Below are positions 13,597 to 26,110 of a stretch of 64,000 bases of DNA, in pieces. Below the pieces are notes generated by a model. That model saw only the letters and a list, made by a program, of their open reading frames with translations, ran no database searches and had not been told where the DNA came from. Made by a program: the position numbers and the translations under genes. The stretch comes from Octopus sinensis. Lineage: Eukaryota. Positions within the stretch are counted from its first letter, which is position 1; each line of letters starts with the position of its first letter. The stretch spans positions 13,516,001-13,580,000 of the forward strand of contig NC_043009.1 of assembly GCF_006345805.1 (NCBI RefSeq). The letters run 5' to 3'.

Positions 13597-14985
13597 TAAC
13601 TCTTTAGCTAGTCTCAGCTCGAGAGGTGCAGCTATGCTGGGGTCCCACCGTTAGCTCTGCTTCACGTTCACTACTTGAAGCCTCTTCTTGTACGTGGCAT
13701 TTAGTCAACGATGGAGTCTGATGCCGTTGCCTCATCTGTATTTCCTACCACGTTATAGGCTCTTCCGGAATCCTTGACAGGGGGAGATCCAATTTTATTT
13801 TGAAGACATCTACAACCACACCATGCAGTCGTGGGCCTTTGAAATCTGTGGGTCTTTGAAATCCAAGCTGTTACAGTATTTGGGCCTGTATCTCGGAGGC
13901 GATGTCGGCATCTTTGGCATTATGCAGTGGCGCCTTTTTCTGCTGTTTATGTAGCTTTCAATGCCAATGTTTGGTACAAGTACTATTAGTACTTTCCTCT
14001 GTGTATTTTGCTCGCCTACGGTCTAAGGAGTAGAACCTTGACTTTTTCAAACCGTCTCAGAAGCTGACGCATTGAATTTAGACAATCATTTTTGTGTAGC
14101 TTCGCTGGATTGCCTCAAATTTCGCCATTGTTTTTGCACAGTGTAGTGACCATATTTAGGAGCAGTAGTCTAAACGGCTGATAAAATATATCTTCTAGAG
14201 GAGCATTATGGCTTCCTGTTCTCTCCATCTCAAAGTCTGAAGAGTCCATTAGGCCAGCCAACTTTGTAATAGGCATCGTAACTCATGTCCCTTCTCAGGT
14301 CATGCCCTTATTTCGTTCCGGGATTTCAGTCCCTTCCGGGCCAATATGTACTGTCTGTAAATCATTGACCTTTGTTGACTGACAGCGCAGGGCTTGGAAT
14401 TTCTTTCAGCATTCAAATGCATGTTATTGTCCTCAGCCCACCTGAATATTACGTCCAAATCCTGTTGCAGTTGCGTAATTTTTCCAGGGTTCTGTATCCT
14501 CTGACAGGCTCCTTATATCATCAACATAGCAAGTATGGCTATCTGAGCAGCTCAGGGCATGTCTGAGAGAGACATCTCTCTCTATATAAACGGCAGTTTG
14601 TCTGTGCGTGTTTCTGTGTGTCTGTTTGCTTGTACCCTCACCCTGACCACGGCTTTCAACCGATTCTGATGAAACTTGACACACACATAGCCTAATGTCA
14701 TAATTCAAAACTAACGCAGCGAAAATTTTGAAAAGTTCCCCCAGTTCTGAAAAAAATCGATAAATTCGACATGGGGTCGAGAATCAGAAACAAAAACCAT
14801 AAACTGTCTAGGGGACGCAACTCCACCTTTTTTGAATCTCAAAAAAAAATTTACCATCATTTTTTTCCATTTTTTTGCTATAACTCTCTAAAAATGCTTT
14901 ATAGTTATTTCCCTTACAAACCTGAGCAACGCCGGGCGATATTGCTAGTTACGAATAAATACGGTACCCTGAGGAGATGAATGTA
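13597..14985 (-). mobile_element. Decayed CR1/L2-group LINE: RT C-terminus and 3' end, interrupted by a Helitron-like insertion
   Basis: The - strand gives PQGTV..LFVMSLSDMP, a frameshifted YVDD motif and QQDLDVIFRWAEDNNMHLNAEKFQALRCQ, with many stops and frameshifts. Confidence 0.75.
14575..14948 (+). mobile_element. Non-autonomous Helitron-like element
   Basis: Starts TC after A, ends with the GC-rich hairpin cctgagcaacgccggg then CTAG followed by T (A|T insertion site). Removing it rejoins the LINE RT sequence. Confidence 0.7.
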
Positions 14986-15141
14986 GGTCTGTTCCTATGT
15001 ATACACACACACACACGCATACGCACATACACTCGCACACATGCATTCGCACATATATACATTCACGCATACTTACATACATACGTACACATGCATACAC
15101 ATATGTACATACACACATACACATACGTAGGTATATATATA

Positions 15142-15541
15142 TACTCTTTACTCTTTTACTTGTTTCAGTCATTTGCCTGTGGCCATGCTGGAGCACCGTC
15201 TTCAGTCGATCAAATCGACTCCAGGATTTATTCTTTGTAAGCCTAGTACTTATTCTATTGATCTCTTTTGCCGAACCGCTAAGTTACAGGGACGTAAACA
15301 CATCAGCATCCGTTGTCAAGCGATGTTGGGGGTGGGGCAAACACAGACACACAAACATATTCACACATAATATATACGACGGGCTTCTTTCAGTTTCCGC
15401 CTACCAAATCCACTCACAAGTGTTTGGTCGGCCCGAGACTATAGTAGGAGACACCTGCCCAATGTGCCACGCAGTGGGACTGAACCCGGAACCATGTGGT
15501 TGGTAAACAAGCTACTTACCACACAGCCACTCCTGCGCCTA
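15142..15541 (-). mobile_element. SINE group A (Octopus OK-like, tRNA-derived head, internal microsatellite), full length
   Basis: Head aggcgcaggagtggctgtgtggtaag, CORE-like ggcac(a/c)ttgggca, tail gctccagcatggccac...gactgaaacaagtaaaagag; matches other copies in the window. Confidence 0.85.
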
Positions 15542-15555
15542 CATAAACCCCATTG

Positions 15556-15669
15556 TTCCCGGTTTAGTCTCACAGCATGGCATCTTGTGCAAGTCTCTTC
15601 TACTATAACCTCGAGCCAATCGAATGATTGTGAGTGGATTTTGCACACGGAAACTGAAGGAAACCTGTC

Positions 15670-15735
<66 letters not shown>

Positions 15736-15965
15736 ATCTATATATGAGTATGTGTGTTTGTATTTGTGTCTGTGCTTGTTCCCCACCACCGCCTGATAAC
15801 CAATGTTGTTTTGCTTATGTCCACCTAGCGGTTCGGCAAAAACTCCGATTTAATAAGTACCAGGCTTTGAAAGAATGATCTTGAGTCGATTCATTCGATG
15901 AAAACCCTTGACGGTGGTGCCTCAGCATGGCCACAGCCAAATAATTGTAGCAAGTAAAAGACGAA
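15556..15965 (+). mobile_element. SINE group A, 5'-truncated, with expanded internal (TA)n
   Basis: Same body and tail as 15142-15541 in the opposite orientation. Confidence 0.8.
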
Positions 15966-16448
15966 AGATTTTCCTTACACACTGCGCATGTGTGTGTGTG
16001 TGTGTTTGTGTATAAGTGATTCCGTTGTCATTGACTTGGCTTGGCCACAATATTCGAATAAGTAGGATCCCAACAGTAATATTTTTGATTTAGCTCTCAG
16101 CTTGCAGTACTAGGTTGTGTATAGTTGATTAAATCAACGTTGTATGCACTGAACCATCTCTCTACATTAGTTGCATGCTACTAACACTTAATCTATTAAC
16201 CTTTGAGCAGGGAAAGTCAAATGTAAATTCAACACAACATAATATAGTATTTCGTGTAATTTTCCCTTCAACTTGTCGCTTTAACAGCACAAAAACGCAA
16301 TTTGCTTGACATTATTTTAATGCATCGTAGATTGATGATATGCGTGTCTTTAAGTAACAAAATTCCTATATAGAATGATTTACACACACACAACATACAT
16401 ATATATATATATATATATACATATATATATACACACACACACACATAC

Positions 16449-16481
<33 letters not shown>

Positions 16482-16495
16482 CATATATACATATA

Positions 16496-16841
16496 GTGAA
16501 GGCGCATGGGTCAGTGGTTAGAGCGAGCATCAAACTTATGACTGTGAGGTTGTGAGTTCGAATCGCGGACCGGGTTGCGTGTTGTGTTCTTGAGCAAGAC
16601 ACTTTATTTCACGTTGCTCCAGTTAACTCAGCTATAGAAATGAGTTGCGACATCACTGGTGCCAAGCTGTATTGGCCCCTTTGCCTTTCCTTTGGATAAC
16701 GTTGGTCGCATGAAGAGGGGATACTGATATGGATAGGCGACTACGGCCTTCCACAAACAACTTTGCCCGGACGTTTGCCTCGGAAAGTAACTTTCTAGGT
16801 GCAATCCCATGGTCATTCGTGACCGGAGGGGGTCTTCCTCT
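16496..16841 (+). mobile_element. SINE group C1: tRNA-like head, ttgagcaagacact core, RTE-like tail
   Basis: A/B-box-like gggtcagtggttaga...gttcgaatc; ends ggtgcaatcccatggtcattcgtgaccggaggggg. Confidence 0.8.
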
Positions 16842-16853
16842 ATACATATATAT

Positions 16854-17121
16854 GCGCAGGACTGGCTGTGAGGTAAGAATCTTGCTTACCGACCACATAG
16901 TTCGGGGATCTTTCCCACTGCATGACAACTTGTGCAAGTGTTTGCTACTTTAGCCACTGACCGACCAAATCATTGTAAGTGGATTGGTAGACAGAAACTG
17001 AAAGAAGCCCGTAGTGTATAAATGTACATTTGTGTGTGTGTGTTTCTGTGTTTGTTCCCCATTATCGCTTGACAACCGATGCTGGTGTGTTTACGTCCAC
17101 GTGACTTAACAGTTCGGCAAA
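16854..17121 (+). mobile_element. SINE group A, 3'-truncated
   Basis: gcgcaggactggctgtgaggtaag...gaaactgaaagaagcccgt...cgcttgacaaccgatgctggtg. Confidence 0.8.
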
Positions 17122-19500
17122 TCTAATTGCTACATGATTGTTTTATATGATAGCAGAGCAATGACTCCCTGCTACAGTTTGAAGACTGACGTTTCAGTAA
17201 GTGAATTCATTACACTTCAACTAAAGGTTGCTACCGTAATTGCTCAGCCTCTGTAAATTCATACTCTTACATACTGGTTGGAATATATTAAAAACTATTA
17301 TGAATTTTTATTGTTTTATGCTTATGGAAATGAACATGTAATATGTAAGCCATTGTACCTCAAATGAAATATTAAGGAATCAATCTATCACACCACAAAA
17401 TATATAATCGTTATTTTGTCTGATGAGTTGAGCTTTGAACGCGAGGAAATATAACATTCATAATCTGAATGCATAATGGACTCAGCGACTTCTATTTTAT
17501 AACTTACACTGAGTTTCTTTCTTCTTGCCAATGCAGCTACGGTGACCTAAGTGGATCAAAGACGAATCTCCTCGATTATAAGTCCCAATAAATCGCGAGT
17601 AATTTCGAGCAAGAGGACACGACCTCCTTGTTGCTGTCCAGGGAATTGCTAATCAAAATTAAAACAAAGCTACATTTACACGATACAATACCTGAAGCAG
17701 GTGGGATGGTTTGATGTTATGTCTGACTTAACATATTTTCACTGAGAGAGTACGAACTTTTTGTCCGGTTGGCGCTACCCTAATATCTCAACTGTCTGAA
17801 CTGACTGCTTTGATGGCAAGTTTCACTAGAATATAACAGGCTCTGTTTTGAAAATAACACTGGCACAACTAATTCTGGGATATTTGAAATAAAGTTTATA
17901 AAACTAATTATTTTCCTTAGTATTTTAAATCCCATCGTCTGCTGTTCTCTAACGAATAAAGTAATCAAATCATAATGATTTACGATAAATAGAATAAAAT
18001 TTTCAAGTTCTGACGTTTCGAAACCCACGAAATTCACTAAATGAAATCTGTGAACACATAATTAAAAGGTTAACCATGAATTTTTAAAATCTATATTTTA
18101 GATTTAAAATGTTATATACATTGTCATGTTAACAGTATTCGAATAGATGTCAAAGAAATGATTATGATTCAACTCTACGGTCATATTGAAAAGTGCAAAC
18201 AAACCCGCCTTTCCGAACTGAAATAGTAAAACTGAAATATGAGGATCCCAGGAATTATACATTTTCTAAAGTTTTACTAGATTATGCTTTTAATCTTATT
18301 TATGTGCTTTATGTCACTAAAAGACAGAGCCTCAGAATCTTTCATCCATCAGATCTTTTAAGTGTTTTTGTAGTGAAAACTATTTTTTTTTAATATCATA
18401 TCGTCATACAATTTCGTGTACTTCTATTTGAACATGCAACGTTTCTTACCAAACAATTAGTTAGATATCATGCTTCAGCATAACTGCTTCCCGAAAATCC
18501 TTCCCGTATTTAGTTACTGCAGTGCATAAACTTAAGTTTGGTTTTCTAGTTGACTTGAAATAGAGACCTCAAAACTATTTCACTAGCTAGACAGCAAAAA
18601 CTTATCTGTATTGTGAGTAGTTGATATCTTAGTGGGAAATAATTCTTCTGTCTTCCTATTACAAGAATCACACTCGTTAAAACTGTCTTTATTCCCAAAT
18701 CCAATAAAAGTGACTCGTAAATATTGCATTTTCCGTGTGGACATAGCCCACAAGTAATAAAAGTTCTTTCGCTATGATCTATTTTTGGTAATATAGGCTG
18801 CTATCAATGTTCGTTGTGAAAATTTACGATATTTATTTGAAATGATTTTACATTGTCTATATATAATTGACGTGCACTGTCTTTAAACTGGAATCTAAAT
18901 ACACCTGGTTTATATTTCGTTTTTTTAATTTCGTAAATTAGTATCAATTTCAAATTGCTGATAGATCTGACCAAGACACACGAGATATTTAATAAGGGAG
19001 AAAATATGAAACCCATGCTTCTGCAAAATTCAAGCGCAAAATATTTAAGTAACAATTTAAAACGAACAAACAGCTGAAAACTATCTATGCTTCATATAAA
19101 CTTAATCTATATTGTGACATTTATCATTCATACATTGTTGAATTTTCTTGTTTTCCCACATAAAAAACTGAATAAAATTATATGATGTTACTTCTTTGAG
19201 GAAAAAATGGCCACTCCAGAATGTCCTTGTTATTAAAGTGTTCGCTTCAGATAACTTCAGATAAATCAATTGCATGAATGAAGAATGCGACGCGGAGAAA
19301 AAGTATAGAAGATCGTCATTTACACACATTATGACAACGCATATATTATGTATGTATATGTTTTTTTTCTCATATATGACTTCAGGATGTGAACTGGTGT
19401 CCTTCGAATGAAGTCCGATTGCCTAGCAGAGCTACCTTTACACCTTATTATTTCGAAATACATCGAAGAATCGATTGGCCTAGAAGATAACTATTTTTTT

Positions 19501-19886
19501 TTACTCTTTTACTCTTTTGATTGTTTCAGTCATTTGAATGTGGCCATGCTGGAGCACCGCCTTTAGTCGAGCAAATCGACCCTAGGACTTATTCTTTGTA
19601 AGCCTAGTACTTTTTGTATCGGCCACTTTTGCCGAACCGCTAAGTTACGGGGACGTAAATACACCAGCATCGGTTTGGGGGACAAACACAGACACACATA
19701 CATATATCTATATACATATATAAGACGGGCTTCTTTCAGTTTCCGTCAACCAAATCCACTCACAAGGCTTTGGTCAGCCCGAGACTATAATAGAAGACAC
19801 TTGCCCAAGGTGGCACGCAGTGGGACTGAACCCGGAACCATGTGGTTGGTAAGCAAGCTACTTACCCCACAGCCCCTCCTACGCCT
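19501..19886 (-). mobile_element. SINE group A, full length
   Basis: Closely similar to 15142-15541. Confidence 0.85.
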
Positions 19887-20282
19887 GTGATAACTACAAT
19901 AAATTAGTAACAAATTTTATTAAAAACGTGATCTACAATGAAGAACATTATAAATTCAAAAGTAATCACAAAAGAAGAATATATAAATTTGTGTTTAATA
20001 GTAGAGTATCTCTACTATTAGACATTTTCTGGAAAGTAATAATAATAAACATACCAAAATTATGAACGCAATTCATTGCATTTCATTTTATTTTAGACGC
20101 AGGTATTCGCAACGTATTCTCCGGATCAGTCCCCCTGTGCGGCACCTTGAGCGTATGCTTTTCTACCATATCCCCGGGCTGGCGGTCGCAGTTGTTTGAG
20201 TGAAATTGCTTGACAGACTGACGAAAATGATGGAAACTTGTCATTCACATCACCTAATCCCCCACTCTCTCTATATAGATAT

Positions 20283-20326
<44 letters not shown>

Positions 20327-21374
20327 ATGCGCCTGTCAGTCTGTTTGTTTCTATGTATGTATGTGTGCATGAATGGAAGCATGTGTGAGTATCTTAATCT
20401 GTAAATATTCAAATTTTCCCGTGTTAGCATGTCTCTGTTTACATCAGCCTCTTCATGTCGCCATCGGTTGAAAAACTGCTCTTTTTGTTGTCTGACAAAT
20501 TAATGGCTTGTTGAATAAAACTGAATAAGGTAAGTGGCAGATTTTAAAATAAACAGTGGAGTCAATACCTTTGGCCTAAACCCCTCAATATTTTGTCTTG
20601 TCATGGCAGCAATACAATGAAGAAAATGTGCCAGAGAGTAAGGATTTATTGACTTTTCGATTTGTAATTAATGTTTCAGAACTGCATGATTGAATTATTT
20701 AGATATCCGTGTCGTTGATATTGGTGTTGATGAGTTTTGGTATAGCTGGTAACTGTTTCTCTCATAGGAAATGTTTTGTCGTTAATTAAAACGGTAGTTC
20801 AAGAAAGATCAATTGTTATAAGAACCAGATTAAATATCTTGACGTAATACTCGCTTTAACGTTCAGATCAATTCGGAGTCAACTTGCTTTTCATTTTTCA
20901 AGGTTTAGTGGTTGATTTAAGAGATATACTAACCTCATAATCTATGGGTTTGTGATTAATAAACTGACATTGATCTTGGAGGAGCTATTTGCTACTGTTT
21001 TGTTACCGTTAGATTAGATCTTATCGAACAAATATATTGTCAGAAGCGACCATTCCATTATTCTTCGTTCTTGTACAACTTAGATTTATTATCCAGCGCC
21101 TCTATTAATTTCATGCGGTAGGAAATGATTTTGAATGAAATTTGAATTCTTTAAATGTCACTTGACCAAGGTATATCTAAAACAGATTTTCTAATTTACC
21201 CTGGACAAAATATATTGTAGTATATATTAGCCTTAGGTTCTAACACCAAGTCCAGCAAGGTTCAAATTTGTCCTCCCTATAAAGCTCTAGGGATTACTTA
21301 ATCAACTGTGCTCTCCTCATATATCTATAGACGTGCGCCTATGATAGTCATTACTGTCACTCTTATTACTCAAG

Positions 21375-21960
21375 GCAGTAGAATAGCAGAATCTATAGCA
21401 TGCCAGACAAGATGTTTCGCGCAAACTATTCCAGCTTCACGTTTTCAGTTCAAATTCTCCCGACAATGATTTTTATCTTTCATCCTTTCAGAGACGATAG
21501 AATAAGTACCATTTGAGTATTAGGATCGATGTAATCGACTGGCACGCTCCCCTAAAAATATCAGGCTATGTATCTATGCTAAAGATTATCGTTATTATTC
21601 TTTAAGGCAGAATGTGATATGCTGGAAGAAACGTTAGCACTTCGGGGGTTAATGCTTAGCATCAATTTTTCCAGTTTAACGTTCTGAGCTCACTTTCCTG
21701 CGAGGTCGATAAAATACATAACAGTTGAACACTGGAGTCGATAAAATCGACTTCCCCATTCACACGAAATCACTGAACTTGAGCCAAAAATTAGAAATGG
21801 TTATTGAAAATGGCAGCAGTATGACAGAATCGTTACTGCGCCGGACAAAATGATTAGAGACATTTCATCTGTCCCCCGTTCAAATTACACTCAGGTGGAC
21901 TTGGCCATTCATTCTTTCAAAATCAATAAAATAAGTACTGGAATCCATGAAAATGATCCC
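21375..21960 (+). mobile_element. Three head-to-tail, heavily decayed SINE group B copies
   Basis: Three successive ggcag..cagaatcgttag-like heads, each followed by acgtt..agttcaaatt and gtcgat..aagtac motifs. Confidence 0.6.
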
Positions 21961-21969
21961 AGAACTTGT

Positions 21970-22915
21970 CTATTTCTTTTCTGTTTAGCTTAGTTCATTT
22001 TTGTCCTATAAAAGCTTTTCTTGCCATCGATATATCATGGCATTTTGTTGTTTTAATTTTAACTAAAATTTTAGTTGCTTCCTAGCTTTGTTGTCTCCTC
22101 TTTTCCCATAGTTGGTGGATATTATAAACTCTTCCTGGTATTTTTCGTCTTCCTTTAAGATAGAAATAGTTTTTTGCTTTTCTAATGTACTGTGGCTATT
22201 GTTATTAACTTTCTTTGGCTCTGAATTAGATATATTTATAGTCCCATGATGGATAATTTATAGCAGATTTCTAGTTGTATAAGGCATCTACCTCTTCAAT
22301 TCGTTGTATATATAAGCTTAGATTTTGTATGGCGTATTCTATATTTTTCTGTCTAGTTTGCTCAGTTCATTTAGTGTCCAAATTAGGAATTTTGTAATTG
22401 TAACTTATAAATGAGACAGATAGGGCATTCATGCTTGTTGCCTTCTTTTCGCATTGAGCTCTGTGTTAAGTATTAATCCAAATCTTCTGTGATATTCCTT
22501 CCGTTTGTGTGTGTTCGATTATTCTTAAATATTTGTATGTCTGGGCTTGATCTAGTTCTTTTATTTTATTTCCTTTATTTGATGTAATATTGTTATTCTT
22601 AATTAGTTTTCTGCTTTTCAAGATTGCTTTGGTACGTTTTTCTAATGCCAAATTTCATATTTACTTCTTTGACAAATCCGTGCATTTTCTGTAGCAGTTT
22701 TTCCAGTTGTTTATCAATTGCAGCATACAACTTGAGATCATCAATATGCAAGAGTTGGTTGATTTCTTTTTTATCATGGCTGTTGAATTCGTATCCAGTT
22801 GTGTTTAGCATGTCGGTTAAATGCGTCAGTGCCGGAGAGAAAAGGAGTGGAGAGAGTGAGTCTTCTTCGAATATTCCTCTTCTAATGGGGATGGCTTTAA
22901 TTTTTATAATTCCCA
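21970..22915 (-). mobile_element. Decayed Dong/R4-like (restriction-endonuclease-type) LINE reverse transcriptase fragment
   Basis: ORF 22599-22952 contains IRRGIFEEDSLSPLLF and INQLLHIDDLKLY (GIFQGDSLSPLLF / HLLYMDDLKL motifs); it continues as KELDQAQTYKYL. Confidence 0.8.
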
Positions 22916-24089
22916 TCATCATCCTCATTGTCTTCGTCATCATCATCATCATTATTAAGCAGGCAGCGATCTGGCAAAATTGTTAGCCACGCATTTCGCC
23001 CGTTTTTACGTTCTGATCTCAAATTTCTTTTAACCCGTCAGATATCCGTAGGCTTTTGTATGTCACTCTGAGCCGCGAGCTAATGCATCGGCGGAAAGCC
23101 CATCTGCCATAGTGCCTTGTTAACAAATTTCCTGTTGAGATCTGCTTGACTCTGCATATATATGTAGTATATAGATCATTTACTAACCATACAAAACAAG
23201 TGGTGTATTATACAATTCATGTTTAACAATATAATAAATTTTATCTGAGAGATGTTGATGAACAAAACAATTTTATTTTTAACTTGATAAAGCTTCTGTT
23301 TCACTCAGATTTAATGTTAGCTTTTAATTGGTTTTCACTGCCTTATGCAGAACACACACATAAAATTAAATTACTTTCTCATTGATACATTGTTCAAATG
23401 TATTTAAGGGGACGCTTGTAGGAAATATATAGCAATAAATCGCTTTAAAAGTTTTATTGTAGTTCCTTTTATTTTTTCTGCTCTGAAATTCTGCGGTTAA
23501 CCCTTGATTCCAATAAAGAAATTTCTTCGATTTCTCTCGAGAGTATTGATGGAGCGTAACTGGAAGATGTTATAATTACAGTTAATCAGTGCCGATCAAC
23601 TACATTTACGGAAACCAGGGGAATCTCTAGTATGCGACAATAATTAATGCGGAACGATTTCTCAGTACTATTCACTGAAATAAAGAAAAGTTCGTGTGCA
23701 TAGTAAAAAATCCCGTGATAATACCGGAATAGAATTTTGCATAACGTTCAAACGGAGGTCCTCACCTAGTGAAGTACGTAGAAGTAAAAAGAAAGAAAAT
23801 GAGAAAACAGTGGGCCGAGAATGCACATAGTGCTTTGGTGTAGCCCACACTTTGCAGTGCAGCCATACCACCTTGAATTTCGAAATTCTAAAACCATTTC
23901 TTATATACCCTCTTCGTGCATACCAACTAACACGTTCATTGTGTCTTATCGTTTTTGCTATCTTGCATTTAAAAATTTATATATATGTATGTATGTTTAT
24001 ATATATAATAATTATTTGAGAGAATATTATTTCTAACTTACAGGGAAAAATTCAATTTAGAATTACTAGATCAAATTTCACAAAATATA

Positions 24090-24123
<34 letters not shown>

Positions 24124-24132
24124 TAGAAATAA

Positions 24133-24207
24133 CACCTTTTATCAATTCAAAATGAACAATTTCTAGATGGTGTGATTTAATTGTTCATTTTGAATTGATA
24201 AAAGGTG
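24133..24207. repeat. Perfect 29-bp inverted repeat with 17-nt spacer, between (TA)n and the hammerhead-like motif
   Basis: caccttttatcaattcaaaatgaacaatt (24133-24161) vs aattgttcattttgaattgataaaaggtg (24179-24207). Confidence 0.95.
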
Positions 24208-24208
24208 G

Positions 24209-24246
24209 TTTTCTGTCGAAGAGCGTAGGCTCGAAACGTAAAAGAC
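24209..24246 (+). ncRNA. Hammerhead-like motif in a Penelope-type end
   Basis: UUUU [CUGUCGA] A GAGC-GUAG-GCUC [GAAA] CG [UA] AAAG: 4-bp stem II, palindromic ACGU helix III, 4-bp stem I; core carries A6U. Confidence 0.45.
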
Positions 24247-26065
24247 TTGTTTTATTTCTATTCCTGAGCGCCATACTAATACATTTGTTTGTTTGTACTC
24301 CACCTGCCTTCGTCTTTTGTTTATTTTTGCAAATCTTCCCGTTATATACATACATACATATATATATATATATACATATATATATGTATATATATACACC
24401 CATACGCACACACACACATATACATAGCCTTGAGAGATCCTCTGATGCAGGGACTTGGTGCATAAAAGCACATACATAGATTTAATTACCCATGTATTGC
24501 GACACATAGGTGCATCTTATGAGAGTTATTATGAAGTGTATTACGTCATTAGTCAACAACACAAATTTAGACGTTTGTAATTTTCTTTGCGCCAGTGCCC
24601 CTATTCACATTATTCAAAATAGTAGGAAAGGGTTATGATGGAAAAAAAACCCTATTTTGTTGCTATTCCTAGTTGTAGGTTTTTATCATTTCATTTTATT
24701 TTCAGTTCTTATATCCTTTCAGAAAACAGAACTCTCACAACCTTCAAGACACGTTGTTCCCATAAAAATATTTCCTAAAAGTTATTCTGTGCAACAAATT
24801 TATACAGTGCGTTACGTTGACGAGATGTTATAGTCTTTGGGGGAAAATTTATGTAGATTGTCAGTAGCTGGAAGTGTATGTAGCACAAAATCTATATGCT
24901 AAAACGTACTTTGCTAATAATTTAGAATAGGCTAAGAGAACAATTATGAAAAAAGTTCATAAGTGCTGTTTCTGTTGAAAAGTGAATATAAAATCTAAAC
25001 ACTCTTTCAATTCAACTTCATCTAAGTATGCAGACATTTAAGAACGCGACGGATTTTTTCTTTTTGTTTATGAATTTTATGGCACAAAGTTTTTCGTTAG
25101 TTTAAAGTATTTTAGCAGTAAGATGAGTGTTTATTCATAATGTCCTATCAGATTTGTGACTGTAGGAACGCAGTAATAAGTTATAGATATAATCAATTTA
25201 TTTATTTGTTGCTTATATGTGATTCATGATTTTCCATTGACAAATATGACAAATATGAATGATTGTTTTGATAACATTTACACATAGTAAGATAGCCGTA
25301 TTTAACCCCAGCTTAATTTTATACATATTTCATTCTACAACCCTAAAATTATAGTCCAAACACTAATCTTACGGTTTTGAGGACCAAATAACATAACCTG
25401 TGTTATAAAATGACAGTTATTTGATGTATATATTCATAATCCGTTGTTCTTCCAACACAAGCCTGGCAATGGGCAGTGTCTGTTTTTACACGGAGGAGAG
25501 ATGATAAGATATAATAATGTTATATTGTTCTACAATAAAATTATACCGATGAGAAGTAAATATAAGATAGGACAGTATTGCAATCTAACGACTAAAACAC
25601 TTTACTACCGCCAGACTTTGTAGAATGTATGATTTTGTCAAATAGCGAGAGAAGGGAGAGAAAGCTAGCAGCATATCTGAAATTCCTCTAGATCTTCCGA
25701 TTCAATAAAATAAATTTTTGTCGTTGTTTTTCCATTCCGTTTCCACTATGTTGTGCACACATTACTACGATAATATTTCTTTTACAGCTCTTGCGTGTTT
25801 TTCTCAAACAAAACAAAATTTGAACACATCATTTGAGCGTTAACAAGATTACCGTGAGAAATAGTTTCTTTCATTGGCCAATATGTGTTATAAAACTTGG
25901 GCTTGAATGCAGATGCTTTTAAGACAACAGAATATAACTAGTAGGAGGCATAATCTGAGAAAGGAAATATATTCCTCTGCTAAAAGAGATAGATATATGG
26001 CTCGATACGGCTGTAATTTGACAACGGTTGTAAACTGCAAGTTCAGTGGAGCGATGGACAATAGG

Positions 26066-26110
26066 AATTGTGGAATTTACAATTGTGGAATTTACAATTG
26101 TGGAATTTAC
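26066..26110. repeat. Three perfect tandem 15-mers AATTGTGGAATTTAC
   Basis: Direct inspection. Confidence 0.95.

Noticed and set aside
16496-16580. tRNA genes at the heads of the group C elements (also 42982 and 46931)
   Set aside because: A/B-box-like heads run into SINE bodies with TSDs and lack a full cloverleaf; these are SINEs, not tRNAs.
17417-17460. CTGATGAG...GAAA at about 17417, plus similar cores at 14668 and 20218
   Set aside because: No stem II, stem III or stem I pairing; chance matches, two of them inside other repeats.
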